Source: a virus (lineage: Duplodnaviria; Caudoviricetes). Taken from it: a stretch of DNA of 24,301 nt. Numbering within the stretch: position 1 is the stretch's first letter; every line of letters starts with the position of its first letter. Location of the stretch: the IMG/VR virus record IMGVR_UViG_3300020472_000162, positions 1 to 24,301 of that record; one strand, written 5' to 3'. This document shows, in pieces, positions 1-10,100 of this stretch. The notes under the pieces were generated by a model. The model made no database searches, was not told the origin of the DNA, and worked only from the letters and a program-made list of their open reading frames with translations. Made by a program: the position numbers and the translations under genes.

Positions 1-3000
1 TGTAGATTCACCAGTAGATCCTGGAATACTTTGAGGATTAACTGCTTGTCCACCATGCTCACCCAACCAAACTGTATACCTAACACTTCTTTCTGCAAGT
101 AAAACAAAAGCATAAGATTGTCCGGGTGGTAGGAATATTGGTTCTGGGAATGTAAATTTAGTTCCTACACTAGCATTAGTATCATCTGTTTGAATATTTT
201 GAACTCTTTGTCCATTACTATCAGTTGTAAATGGATACAACGTTCTACTTCTACCTAGAATAGTCATAGAAGGACGTGCATCACCCGTTACTGATCTTAT
301 CTCACATCTTATAGGTGCGTTAGTTTCATCCTCTATAGAAGCAAAGAACACCTCTACAGTAGTTAGGAATAAACCGTTCAAATCTTCGTTTGCCCCAACA
401 GCAGAAGGTGCATTTGCATTTCCACCAACAACAAATGTTTGTGCAACTGGATCAGTATATTCAGCTGTACTAGTATGTGTATGATTTTCTGTTATTGATC
501 CCGTAACATTAACTGATGCTGAAAAACTAGAATTCACCTGAGTTGTATCTACTCTAATAGTTTTATCATTTTGCCACACCTCATATGTTCCTTGTGCGGT
601 ATATTCTCCCTCCGCAATAACAATATCAGGATCTTGTCCTGCTGGAACTTTTATATTTGTAGAACTTGTTGTTATTCTAACACTTTTTCTTCCAGTTGTA
701 ATTTTGATTGGTGGTTGTGGATTCTCATTTGGATCTCTTAAGAAAAATGTTCCAATTACATCACCATATTCATCAGCAACCATTTTAGTATTTTCCCAAT
801 CCTTAACATATGCTACCGCACCACTTTGTTCACCAATTAATTTTGCATTATGAACTAAATATCCAAAATACTGACCTTGAGCCTCTTCTGCTAAAGAACG
901 AGTATCAATATTTAAAACTGTTGATGATATTGTATATTGGGTACTAAGATCTGAGTTTGAATATGGATCTTTAGCATAAACTTCTTCTGGTTGCCCAGTA
1001 ACAGGACCAGATTTATGATTAGGTCTACAAAGTTTAAAGGTCATTATCTCTTCACCAGTTGTTGGATCTTCTGCTACAACATTTTCATTAACTATGAAAT
1101 TAATATCAGAACCATATTCAGTTCCACCAGCAGTTTTACTTATTGCAACTAATTTTGGAATTACATCTTCTATTTTTTGACCATCAACAAACATATATGT
1201 TTTAACACCTCCAGGAAATCCTGATGCTTTAAATTCAGTATTTCTAGAACGCATATGATCTTCTGATTTAGATGATATCAATTTATTCTGAATTGTTACA
1301 TCAGTATTACTAATTGTAACAGAATCTGATCCTGTTAATACAGTACCACCTGTTAAATTACTAGTATTAGATGTATTTGTAGATCCAATATGAACATCAT
1401 GACCTGGATCTACATGATGTGAACTACTTTGAGTATTAGATGTGTGATTTCCAAGATCTATTATTCCAGAAGCTGACATATTAAGATCTACACTAGAATC
1501 TGTACCACTTTGATTGATTATATTATCATCTAATTGATGAGTTCTTGTCCAAACATCAATATTTGGTTGTAAATCAACATTACCCAATATTGCAGGTAGT
1601 TCGTATGGGTTTACATTTATTATTCCAAGTGAACCATCTTTTAATAAAGTTGCATAATATTGCCCAAACCAAACTTCTTCATCATATTTCAAAGTTACTG
1701 CATCACCAGTTTTTTGAACATTTCCATCAAATAAATCAAAATTACTATTAAAATCAAGAGTTGATGATGTTGTAGATAGTTTTGGTGTAACTTGAGATGC
1801 AAGAGTATTTCTGGTACGTACTGGAATTAACTCCTGAGCTCGTCTATTAATTTGAATTTGAGATTGTCCACTAATTGAGCTATAGTTTGTAAATGGGTCA
1901 ACAAAAAATCCCGTTTTAAATCTATTTCTACCTTCAGAATCTTGAATTTGAAGTGATTGTATATCATTTTCCAATAAAGATAAAGTAGTTACTTCCTCTA
2001 AATTCGAAACTCTATCTTCAATATTACCAATATCTCTCATAGTAAATCTTCTATTATCTCTTAATGATATTGTTGCAGATTCTGGATTGTAAAGATAAGG
2101 AGGAAGATTGACAGTTCCTAATTCCATCACATCTTCAGTTCTTACTGGAGGTTTTGGATCTGGACTTGATATTCCTTTTTCGTATACAAATTCACCAAGT
2201 TTATTTAAATAAACTTTATCAATTCTTGGTAAGTAGTATTCATACCCCAAGCTAGAAGTTTCATCAGGAAGAATATATTGTTTTATAGAACTACTAAAAT
2301 CTCTAGATTCAACATTGAAAGGTGATACTGTACCAGCCATATTATATACAGGTACTCTAGGTCTAAAATCAATAGTATCTGTTGCTCTTATTCCAGATAT
2401 TCCAATATTTGGAATATCATAATTAAATCTATCTTTATCATAACTTAGTGCTGTAAATACATCACCCTCATCATCATTTGGTACTGAATAATAATCAAAG
2501 ACAACTAACAATCTTCCAGATGGTTCAGATACTCCTGAATTTCTAACAATAGATGAATAATCATAATATTCATCCTTCTGCCCCTTATCCAATTTGAAAG
2601 AATTTGTAAGATCTTTATACGATCCATTAGTTATTGCTTCAATATTAGTATCGATATTTGATTCGTCAAAATTAACGGTTTCCCCCTCATTAAAACGTGC
2701 TCCAGTTAAATAAACAATCCCTAATGTATTTGACTCTGTTGATGATTTTTCAACAACTCTAGCAATTGCTTTACTTGCATATCCAACAATATTTTCACCA
2801 AGAACGGCATTTGTTTGAACAGCAGCAGTACTACTAAATCTAAATTGATCTAATGTTGGTTTTTCCGTATCAATTGATTCATAAACTGCTATGAATTTTG
2901 CAACATCTGGATAATTTAGTGATATTCTTTCATCCTGCACTCTCAATCCATATCTTTGATTTTGATCATATGTAAGTCCATCTGCTAATTGCTTTGCTCC

Positions 3001-5433
3001 ATTACCTATAGCAGTATTACCAGATGTTGCATATTTTGAATATGTAACATCTAACATTTTACTTTTATTATAATCTTTTATTTTACTTTGAATATTATTC
3101 TTTTTAACAGAAGCATTCAAAACAGCATTTCCTGTATTATCAGTTCCCAAATTACTTAAAACAATTTGGCTACCAGCACTATTATAAGCAAATGTATCTT
3201 CAGTAATTGGTTTTATTGAACCATTACCCAAATGTATTGAATATCTTTCCTCATCAAAAGACTCAAAGTTTGAATTTGATGAAGTAATGTCTGGATATGT
3301 TGCTGTTAAATCAGAAATAGGAACTGTTAAAGATCCACTAATATTACCGGGTCTATATTGTTTTGTAATCTTTAAATTTGAATTTGAAAGATCGACAGTA
3401 GAAACATTCAAATTACCTAATGGTGCATGTAATCTACCACTTCCCCTTACTATTGGTGAACCAACATTCATTTTGATTGTACCTTGTGTTGTTGATGCAC
3501 TAGATGGTAAACCACCATCAAAAATACCAGGTATACTTGGACTGATTGCTTCTACGACTATGCTTGTATTACCAACACCTATAGATTTAACTTTATTATA
3601 AGTGGGATCCCCACCTCCATTAGTTCCTTTTTGATATATTATTGTAGCTCCTACTCTAAGTCCACTAAATTGCTTTGCACCAGCAGTTATGGTAGAAATA
3701 CCTGGAGAACCTGAAGCACCAGAAATCATACAATCAGATATTCCATTTGGAAGTGCAAATACATCTAATTGTGAATTTGCAGTAAAGGTCTGTCCAGTAT
3801 AATTATCAGCAGTTATTTGTGTTACAGATTTAATTGATTGTGTACTATTTGCAGTAGATATGCCAATAGTTCTAGGGAAATCCACACCATTTATTTGTAT
3901 TTGCTCCCCTTTAACAAAAGTTCCAGTAGTTTGATTTAAATCAATTCTTTTTCCAGAACCAGCAGCCGTAGCATATCCACTGGCACCACTATTCTTTCCT
4001 TTAACAAAAGAAGAGTTTGGTAATTGGGTTGCATCGACAGATTCATTAAGTGTGATTTGTGTATTTGTTTGTATATCAAATAATCTTAAATCCCAAACAG
4101 TTGAATCATCCTTATATTCTTGATTCCTTAAACTTATACCATATGCTCTTGCAACACCTATATTATCACCTTGTTGTCCAAACCCAGAAAATAATTGAAC
4201 TCGACCTCCTTGCTTTATAACACCAGATACACTATTGACCCTAAGAACACTTCCTATGTTAAAATTAACACTTCCAGTGCTATTAATTCCAACATCTCTA
4301 GGTTTTTCAACATCAATTATAGTAGTTCCAGTTTTTTCTACATCATATCCAAAAACATATGCCTTTCCATCAGAAATTTTTAAACACATTAAATCATCTG
4401 ATGGTGTATTTAATTGATCTGTTTTCTCATCTTTATAGAATAATCCACCATTACCTAAATTATCATTTAAAGAATTTAATACAGATAATTTAAAAGGATT
4501 TACACTATAATTCCCAGATTCATCATATGTTCTTTCTGCTATCCAATCTTTAACTATATTATAATCTGATTTGGAATTAATTAATTTAATTTTTCCTTTT
4601 TTAACTCTCAACAATTCAACAAAATCAGTATCATCTTGATCTTCTAATAACTTTTTGATAAGAGTTAAATTAATTTTTAATCTATCTGCACCTGGTGCAG
4701 CAAAATTATTAAATCCCTTAGCATTATCATATAATGAATCATCATCTTTTGCATTAATAAGCAATTCATCAATTTTTAGTCCAATCCTATAAGATGGTGC
4801 ATTACCATAGTAATCTAAAATAATAGTTTGAGAACTAACATTTACAAAATAACCTCTTATGAAATAAACACCCTTTTGGATATATGCTGCTGATCCAATA
4901 GCAGTTGCATCAGAAGATATTAATGAAGCAAATGGTGTTTCTGCATTTATTGTTGTATTGCCATAAGTAACATTATCAGAACAAATTAATTGTTCACCAT
5001 CAATAAATGAACCTATTTCATTATTATTATCTGCACTAGTATATGTAACATAAATTGTTATATCATCAATAGGATCGGTATTTGGTAAAGCAACATGCTT
5101 AATAGTAGCATTTATTCCAGAACTTCTACCTATAATTTTTTTACCAATAAAATCTTTAATATAAAGAGAAATATCTACTCCATAATTCTCAAAATTTAAT
5201 TTAACAGCTGAAAAATTTCCAACATATGCAATATTACCAGGAATAACAACAGAACCTTCCTTAAATATATGATCACCAAATGACTGTATCTGATTTTGCA
5301 GTATGGATTGAGAACTAGTTAATTCTCGTGCTTGTACTGGAAATCCTGGTTTATATAAAACCTTATAAAAATTTTTATCAGATTCGAAATCATCATAATA
5401 TGGACTTATATTTAAATTTGTTTTTTGTGCCAT
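1..5433 (-). CDS. Large virion structural protein, VrlC-like / DUF4815 family (3' end beyond the window)
   Basis: The ATG is at 5433, with a 6-nt gap after the gp8 stop. It translates MAQKTNLNISPYYDDFESDKNFYKVLYKPGFPVQARELTSSQSILQNQIQSFGDHIFKEGSVVIPG...NFAAPGADRLKI...ERTYDESGNY...YYLPRIDK...RRFTMRDIGNIEDRVSNLE...RFKTGFFVDPF...DPVAQTF...TKFTFPEPIFL. These motifs are typical of the protein that follows gp8 in T4-like cyanophages. The frame is open to position 1 (1811 codons). Its absence from the ORF track is consistent with no stop in the window. Confidence 0.9.
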   Translation of the reverse strand, partial: MAQKTNLNISPYYDDFESDKNFYKVLYKPGFPVQARELTSSQSILQNQIQSFGDHIFKEGSVVIPGNIAYVGNFSAVKLNFENYGVDISLYIKDFIGKKIIGRSSGINATIKHVALPNTDPIDDITIYVTYTSADNNNEIGSFIDGEQLICSDNVTYGNTTINAETPFASLISSDATAIGSAAYIQKGVYFIRGYFVNVSSQTIILDYYGNAPSYRIGLKIDELLINAKDDDSLYDNAKGFNNFAAPGADRLKINLTLIKKLLEDQDDTDFVELLRVKKGKIKLINSKSDYNIVKDWIAERTYDESGNYSVNPFKLSVLNSLNDNLGNGGLFYKDEKTDQLNTPSDDLMCLKISDGKAYVFGYDVEKTGTTIIDVEKPRDVGINSTGSVNFNIGSVLRVNSVSGVIKQGGRVQLFSGFGQQGDNIGVARAYGISLRNQEYKDDSTVWDLRLFDIQTNTQITLNESVDATQLPNSSFVKGKNSGASGYATAAGSGKRIDLNQTTGTFVKGEQIQINGVDFPRTIGISTANSTQSIKSVTQITADNYTGQTFTANSQLDVFALPNGISDCMISGASGSPGISTITAGAKQFSGLRVGATIIYQKGTNGGGDPTYNKVKSIGVGNTSIVVEAISPSIPGIFDGGLPSSASTTQGTIKMNVGSPIVRGSGRLHAPLGNLNVSTVDLSNSNLKITKQYRPGNISGSLTVPISDLTATYPDITSSNSNFESFDEERYSIHLGNGSIKPITEDTFAYNSAGSQIVLSNLGTDNTGNAVLNASVKKNNIQSKIKDYNKSKMLDVTYSKYATSGNTAIGNGAKQLADGLTYDQNQRYGLRVQDERISLNYPDVAKFIAVYESIDTEKPTLDQFRFSSTAAVQTNAVLGENIVGYASKAIARVVEKSSTESNTLGIVYLTGARFNEGETVNFDESNIDTNIEAITNGSYKDLTNSFKLDKGQKDEYYDYSSIVRNSGVSEPSGRLLVVFDYYSVPNDDEGDVFTALSYDKDRFNYDIPNIGISGIRATDTIDFRPRVPVYNMAGTVSPFNVESRDFSSSIKQYILPDETSSLGYEYYLPRIDKVYLNKLGEFVYEKGISSPDPKPPVRTEDVMELGTVNLPPYLYNPESATISLRDNRRFTMRDIGNIEDRVSNLEEVTTLSLLENDIQSLQIQDSEGRNRFKTGFFVDPFTNYSSISGQSQIQINRRAQELIPVRTRNTLASQVTPKLSTTSSTLDFNSNFDLFDGNVQKTGDAVTLKYDEEVWFGQYYATLLKDGSLGIINVNPYELPAILGNVDLQPNIDVWTRTHQLDDNIINQSGTDSSVDLNMSASGIIDLGNHTSNTQSSSHHVDPGHDVHIGSTNTSNTSNLTGGTVLTGSDSVTISNTDVTIQNKLISSKSEDHMRSRNTEFKASGFPGGVKTYMFVDGQKIEDVIPKLVAISKTAGGTEYGSDINFIVNENVVAEDPTTGEEIMTFKLCRPNHKSGPVTGQPEEVYAKDPYSNSDLSTQYTISSTVLNIDTRSLAEEAQGQYFGYLVHNAKLIGEQSGAVAYVKDWENTKMVADEYGDVIGTFFLRDPNENPQPPIKITTGRKSVRITTSSTNIKVPAGQDPDIVIAEGEYTAQGTYEVWQNDKTIRVDTTQVNSSFSASVNVTGSITENHTHTSTAEYTDPVAQTFVVGGNANAPSAVGANEDLNGLFLTTVEVFFASIEDETNAPIRCEIRSVTGDARPSMTILGRSRTLYPFTTDSNGQRVQNIQTDDTNASVGTKFTFPEPIFLPPGQSYAFVLLAERSVRYTVWLGEHGGQAVNPQSIPGSTGEST

Positions 5434-5439
5434 TGTTTT

Positions 5440-7056
5440 TTAGAATTCCAGAATAATTTTAACGTCTTCTTTTTGTCTTGAATCACGTTCAACCTCTTTG
5501 CGGTTGTCGATATAAATTATATCACCCGTCTTTTTATTTATCTCAGGATCTGCAAGACCATTTGTAAAATCAACACCCAAATTTACTAACTTGTTTCCAA
5601 CTGATGTTGTAATACCTTGAAAATTATTATCAATATTAACACTAAATGGGTGAGAAGGATATGTTGACTTAACCTCATCACCATCTGATGTAAATGATAC
5701 TACATTTGCTATGTCACCAACGTTCCTAACATCCTGTTGGTCTTCATGATTTGGAAAATATAAAGACCTATCTTGCCAATATTTCAATACTTTAGTATCT
5801 TTATCATATGATGCAACATATCCTTTAGCAATTTTATTATCAGCACGTGTTTGTGTAATAGCTACACCTACAACATTTGATCCTGTAAGAAGATCATCCT
5901 CAACAGAAGCTTCTGTAAGCATCATAGCACTTAAGGAGGAATATTCACTTCCAGTATATATTTGATCAGAACCATATTTTTGTGGATTTTTTATAATACC
6001 AACCTGTCCAAAATGAGTATCAACTGGAAAATCTTTGGTTGAATTATCAAATCTACCATAAACTAAAACCTTATCTGCACCTAATTCACTATAAAGATTA
6101 TATCCATGACCCTTTGATGGTGGAATAATGGGTATTAATGTTGCCCAAGTTGCAGAAATTTCTGCACCAGAATTAAATCCACTTAAATCCAAAATACCGT
6201 AAGTATATCCAGAACCTCCAGATATAATATCAACACTAGAAATAAAATTAGTATCAACAACTACTCTTGCTTTAGCACCTGTCCCATCACCTAATATATT
6301 TACTGTATGTGATCCTTGAGTATAACCACTTCCAGCATCTTTTATATAAACCTTTTTAATTTGATTATTATAAATGCTAGAATCACCAGCTTCTCTAACA
6401 GTTTGTATTTGTGGATCAGTTGATGTAGACCAATTATTTGGTAATACAATATAATCAGTAGAATCAAATTTTATAATATCACTAGGATTAACAGTAAACA
6501 AATATTTCCATATATAACCATCACTACCATCTCCAGCTGGAGATGGTTCTAAATCGGTAAATGTTGGTTCATTTAATGATTTTTTACCTTTTGGTAAAGT
6601 ACCAGATGAACCATTATCAATACAAATATAAACTCTAAAATCGGAGTTCATTATATAATAATTTGTATTATATAAATTACTTTGACCATTAGGTGTTGGA
6701 TTTTTTACTATATCATAATCATGCCTATACATATCATAACTGGTATTAGCTGTCCATGTATATTTTTTAATTACTCTTCTAGCATTGGATGAATTTATCT
6801 TTTTAGCAAAAAGGGATGTTTTTGCATAGAGTGATTGATATTGAAAATTATCAGTTGGTGCTGGAATACTTGCTAAATTTCCAGTATTCCATGTAGATCT
6901 TCTTCCAATTCCTATTCCACCTTCATCAAGCCCACCTCCCGTTTCAGGATTTGCTAATCCTAAAAATATATAATAAGAATTACTAGTATCTGCTATAGAA
7001 TCTATAAAATTACTAGCATTTGATATTCTAAATTGATCTGTTACTACCGCTGGCAT
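5440..7056 (-). CDS. gp8: Baseplate wedge subunit, T4 gp8-like
   Basis: 538 aa. Motifs YDMYRHDY, YYIMNSDFRVYICIDNG, DGYIWKYLFTV and C-terminal GDIIYIDNR...QKEDVKIILEF are characteristic of cyanophage gp8. It lies directly downstream of gp7. Confidence 0.93.
   Translation of the reverse strand: MPAVVTDQFRISNASNFIDSIADTSNSYYIFLGLANPETGGGLDEGGIGIGRRSTWNTGNLASIPAPTDNFQYQSLYAKTSLFAKKINSSNARRVIKKYTWTANTSYDMYRHDYDIVKNPTPNGQSNLYNTNYYIMNSDFRVYICIDNGSSGTLPKGKKSLNEPTFTDLEPSPAGDGSDGYIWKYLFTVNPSDIIKFDSTDYIVLPNNWSTSTDPQIQTVREAGDSSIYNNQIKKVYIKDAGSGYTQGSHTVNILGDGTGAKARVVVDTNFISSVDIISGGSGYTYGILDLSGFNSGAEISATWATLIPIIPPSKGHGYNLYSELGADKVLVYGRFDNSTKDFPVDTHFGQVGIIKNPQKYGSDQIYTGSEYSSLSAMMLTEASVEDDLLTGSNVVGVAITQTRADNKIAKGYVASYDKDTKVLKYWQDRSLYFPNHEDQQDVRNVGDIANVVSFTSDGDEVKSTYPSHPFSVNIDNNFQGITTSVGNKLVNLGVDFTNGLADPEINKKTGDIIYIDNRKEVERDSRQKEDVKIILEF
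5535..5542 (-). promoter_or_regulatory. Candidate internal late promoter GATAAATA inside gp8, serving the VrlC-like gene
   Basis: Matches the cyanophage late consensus NATAAATA, is followed by an A-run, and ends 101 nt before the ATG at 5433. Chance matches are common in AT-rich DNA. Confidence 0.5.
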
Positions 7057-7073
7057 CTTAATAGTTTTTTAGA

Positions 7074-7081
7074 TATTTATA
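7074..7081 (-). promoter_or_regulatory. T4-type late promoter (gp55 sigma), TATAAATA, for gp8
   Basis: Exact T4 late consensus in the gp7-gp8 intergenic gap, 17 nt before the gp8 ATG. Confidence 0.85.
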
Positions 7082-7100
7082 CAACATATTTAAATAATCA

Positions 7101-10100
7101 TTATTGTGGTGTTATTAAACCTCCAGTTTGTTTCCAAGTATCATCTCCTGGACCACCTCTTCTTTGTAATGTTGGGAATGTTGTTAACCCTACATCAACT
7201 GTTAATCCATTGACATCAATGGAAATTGGTGAACTACTTCTATCAAATCCTGATATTTCTCCAACAGAATAATATCCAACAGGATGTTTATTAGTTTCTC
7301 CAGTTGATGCAATTCCTACAGTATCAGTATCTGATTTTATGATACATGTAATAATACCAAGGACATTTGGTTGACTTCCTTCAAAAGTTATTTCTGCTAC
7401 CTGGTATATGTTATCTACAAAAGTAGTTCCAATTCCAACTGTATTGGTATTAGTATTATCCATTGAAGTTAATCCTGTTCCAACTGCTGTATCATAAACA
7501 TAAATTGGTTTTCCAATATAATTATTATCTATTGGTTCAAACTCACTAGCATTAAATGACATAGCAAAGAATTTAATTCCCAATGGGGAACCAGAGATAG
7601 AACTAATGGTAGTAGTTCCTATTCCTGTAATAATTCCCGAAGTTGATTTAACATTAATACCAGATCCTGTAGGACATGATAATATTTCTTCTGTATAATT
7701 TGGTGGTTCAATTAAAACTATAGGTGGTTTAGTATATCCAAGTCCTACTTCAGTTACTGTAATGGTGTCTACAGTACCATTAGATATGGTTGCAGTTGCA
7801 GTTGCAGTAGTTCCAATACCAACACCAATTTCTGGTGGTGCTGAAATAGAAACAGATGGAACTGAAGTATATCCAGAACCTCCAGTAACTGAAATTGATG
7901 TTACTGTAGTTTCTGTAGTATTAATAGTAGCAGTTGCAGTTGGTATTGATTGATTTCCTTCATTAGAAACAATTATTGCACTGAATTGTGGTTGTGGTGC
8001 TGAAGGAGTTGCCTCATAATCAAATAAGTGTGCATTATCAACAAAAAATGTAGTATCAGATGTCGTAACATCATTAATTACTTTTGCAGTTGGAAGAATT
8101 AGTGGTTCTAAACTAATTCTCTTTTTAGATATAAATTCTCTATCAATAATTCTATCTTGTTTTTGTTTTATAAGACTTATTGGTCTATATGTATCATCAT
8201 TAATACCAACGCTACTATACAAGTTTGTTTCTAAACTAGTTGATGTATTTAAAGATTTGACTATTCGATCATCTTGTTCAGGAATAGTTCCAATACCTGA
8301 AATCTCAACCGTATCACCAAGTTCAATATAAACAGTTGTTCCTGTAGATACAACAGAATCTGCACTATCTGTTCCTTTATAGAAGAATATTGCAACATTA
8401 TCTTCTGTATCTAAAGGCATTGTAAAGTTTATGGATGCTCCACCAATAAAGTCATAGGAATTTTTTGGTTGTTGAATAACACCATTTATAACAACAAACA
8501 TCACATTTGCAAGATCACTATCAAAATCGGGATCAGCATCAATACTAATCCGAGATCCATTATAGAATAATGGGAATCTGGTTCTTACACCATCTTGATA
8601 ATTTTTAATTGAATCTATAAAATCAAATTCACCAAACTGCCACATTGTGAAATCATCAGTGTAAATAGTGTCAACTTCTATAGATGCTTGTTCAAGTGGT
8701 TCATATAATCTTCTATCCGTAACCAATCCAATTGGTGTGAAAACATCACCACGTTTAAAGGAATATCCACTTCTAACAACATCAAAATTGGAAATTTCAT
8801 AAAAACCAGATCCTATACCAGATGTTTGGGCAGCACCTACTTCAACATCTACTAAAAGTCCAACACCAGTATCTGTTGTTGCTCCCTCACCAAGTCTTGA
8901 AACTCCTGTTACACCCAAACCAGAATAAGAAGGTTCTGTAACAAATATCTTAGGATTAGTATAACTTTTTCCACCACCAACTACTGTAAAGTCTAATGCA
9001 CCACCACAATTTACATTAGATTTCCCAACATTAACTGTAATTTTTCCAGTAGTAGTATTTACGTTAGTAATATCAATAAATGTTCCATTAACTGGATCAG
9101 TTGTTCTAGGATACTTATGTACACTATTATAATCATCTTGATTACATCTAAATGCTATAGCACCCGTCACAATACCAACTTTATCAGGAGGAGTAGTGGT
9201 GATTGAAGGCATATTTGTAGTTCCAATATCTAAAATCAAGTCACCCGTACTAGGATCATAAGATGCACCATTATTTGCTGCTATTGATTTTAGACCATCT
9301 CCACCAGTCCAATCATTAATGTAAATACAATTATTTAAAGTACTATTTACACTATCAAATACGTGAGTATTGACTGTTTTTGGAGTAGCTGTAATATTAG
9401 CATCTTCACCAACTGCACTTCCAACAAATACACTAAAGATATTATTATCTAACTTAGTAACTGTAGTTAAAATACCAGTTACTGGATCTTCTTTTGTATT
9501 GGATGCTCCAACATTAACTGTAACATCTAATCCACCATTACCTACAGCAGTAACTGTAAGATTAGTTTCATATGCAGGATCACCTGGACGTGGATAAGTG
9601 TGTGATGTAGTATGACCATCCTTAGAACAAGTAAAGGATAGTGAGTTAGCAGTAATAGGAAGTACAGTATCATTAATACTATAACCACCAACAGAATCAA
9701 GTGTCACTGTTAAATCACCTGTTGAAGCATTATAAACTGCATCATGTACATCCATTGCCCCATCAAATGCATTAGTTACTGTGCCTCCATTATAAATGTG
9801 TGTATATGGTCCACGAGGATACTTATGTTCTGATGCATGATTATCTCTAGAACATGTAAATCCTATTGATCCTGTTGCAATACCAACTAAATCACCTGTA
9901 ATCAAACCATGAGAAGTTGCCGTAAACGTAACAATTCCAGAAAGTGAATCATAAACAGCATTTGTTGGATTAATTCCAGTACCATTCCATGTTGTTTTTG
10001 TAATAGCATTATTTGCAGCACTTACAAATATATGTTCATATGAAGTATCTTTAACTGTTACTGAAATATCAACTAGATCATTATAACCAGAACCTAATGT

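Noticed and set aside
7087-7096. Palindrome TATTTAAATA between gp7 and gp8 as a terminator or operator
   Set aside because: It is all A/T, has no loop or stable stem, and is expected by chance at this base composition.
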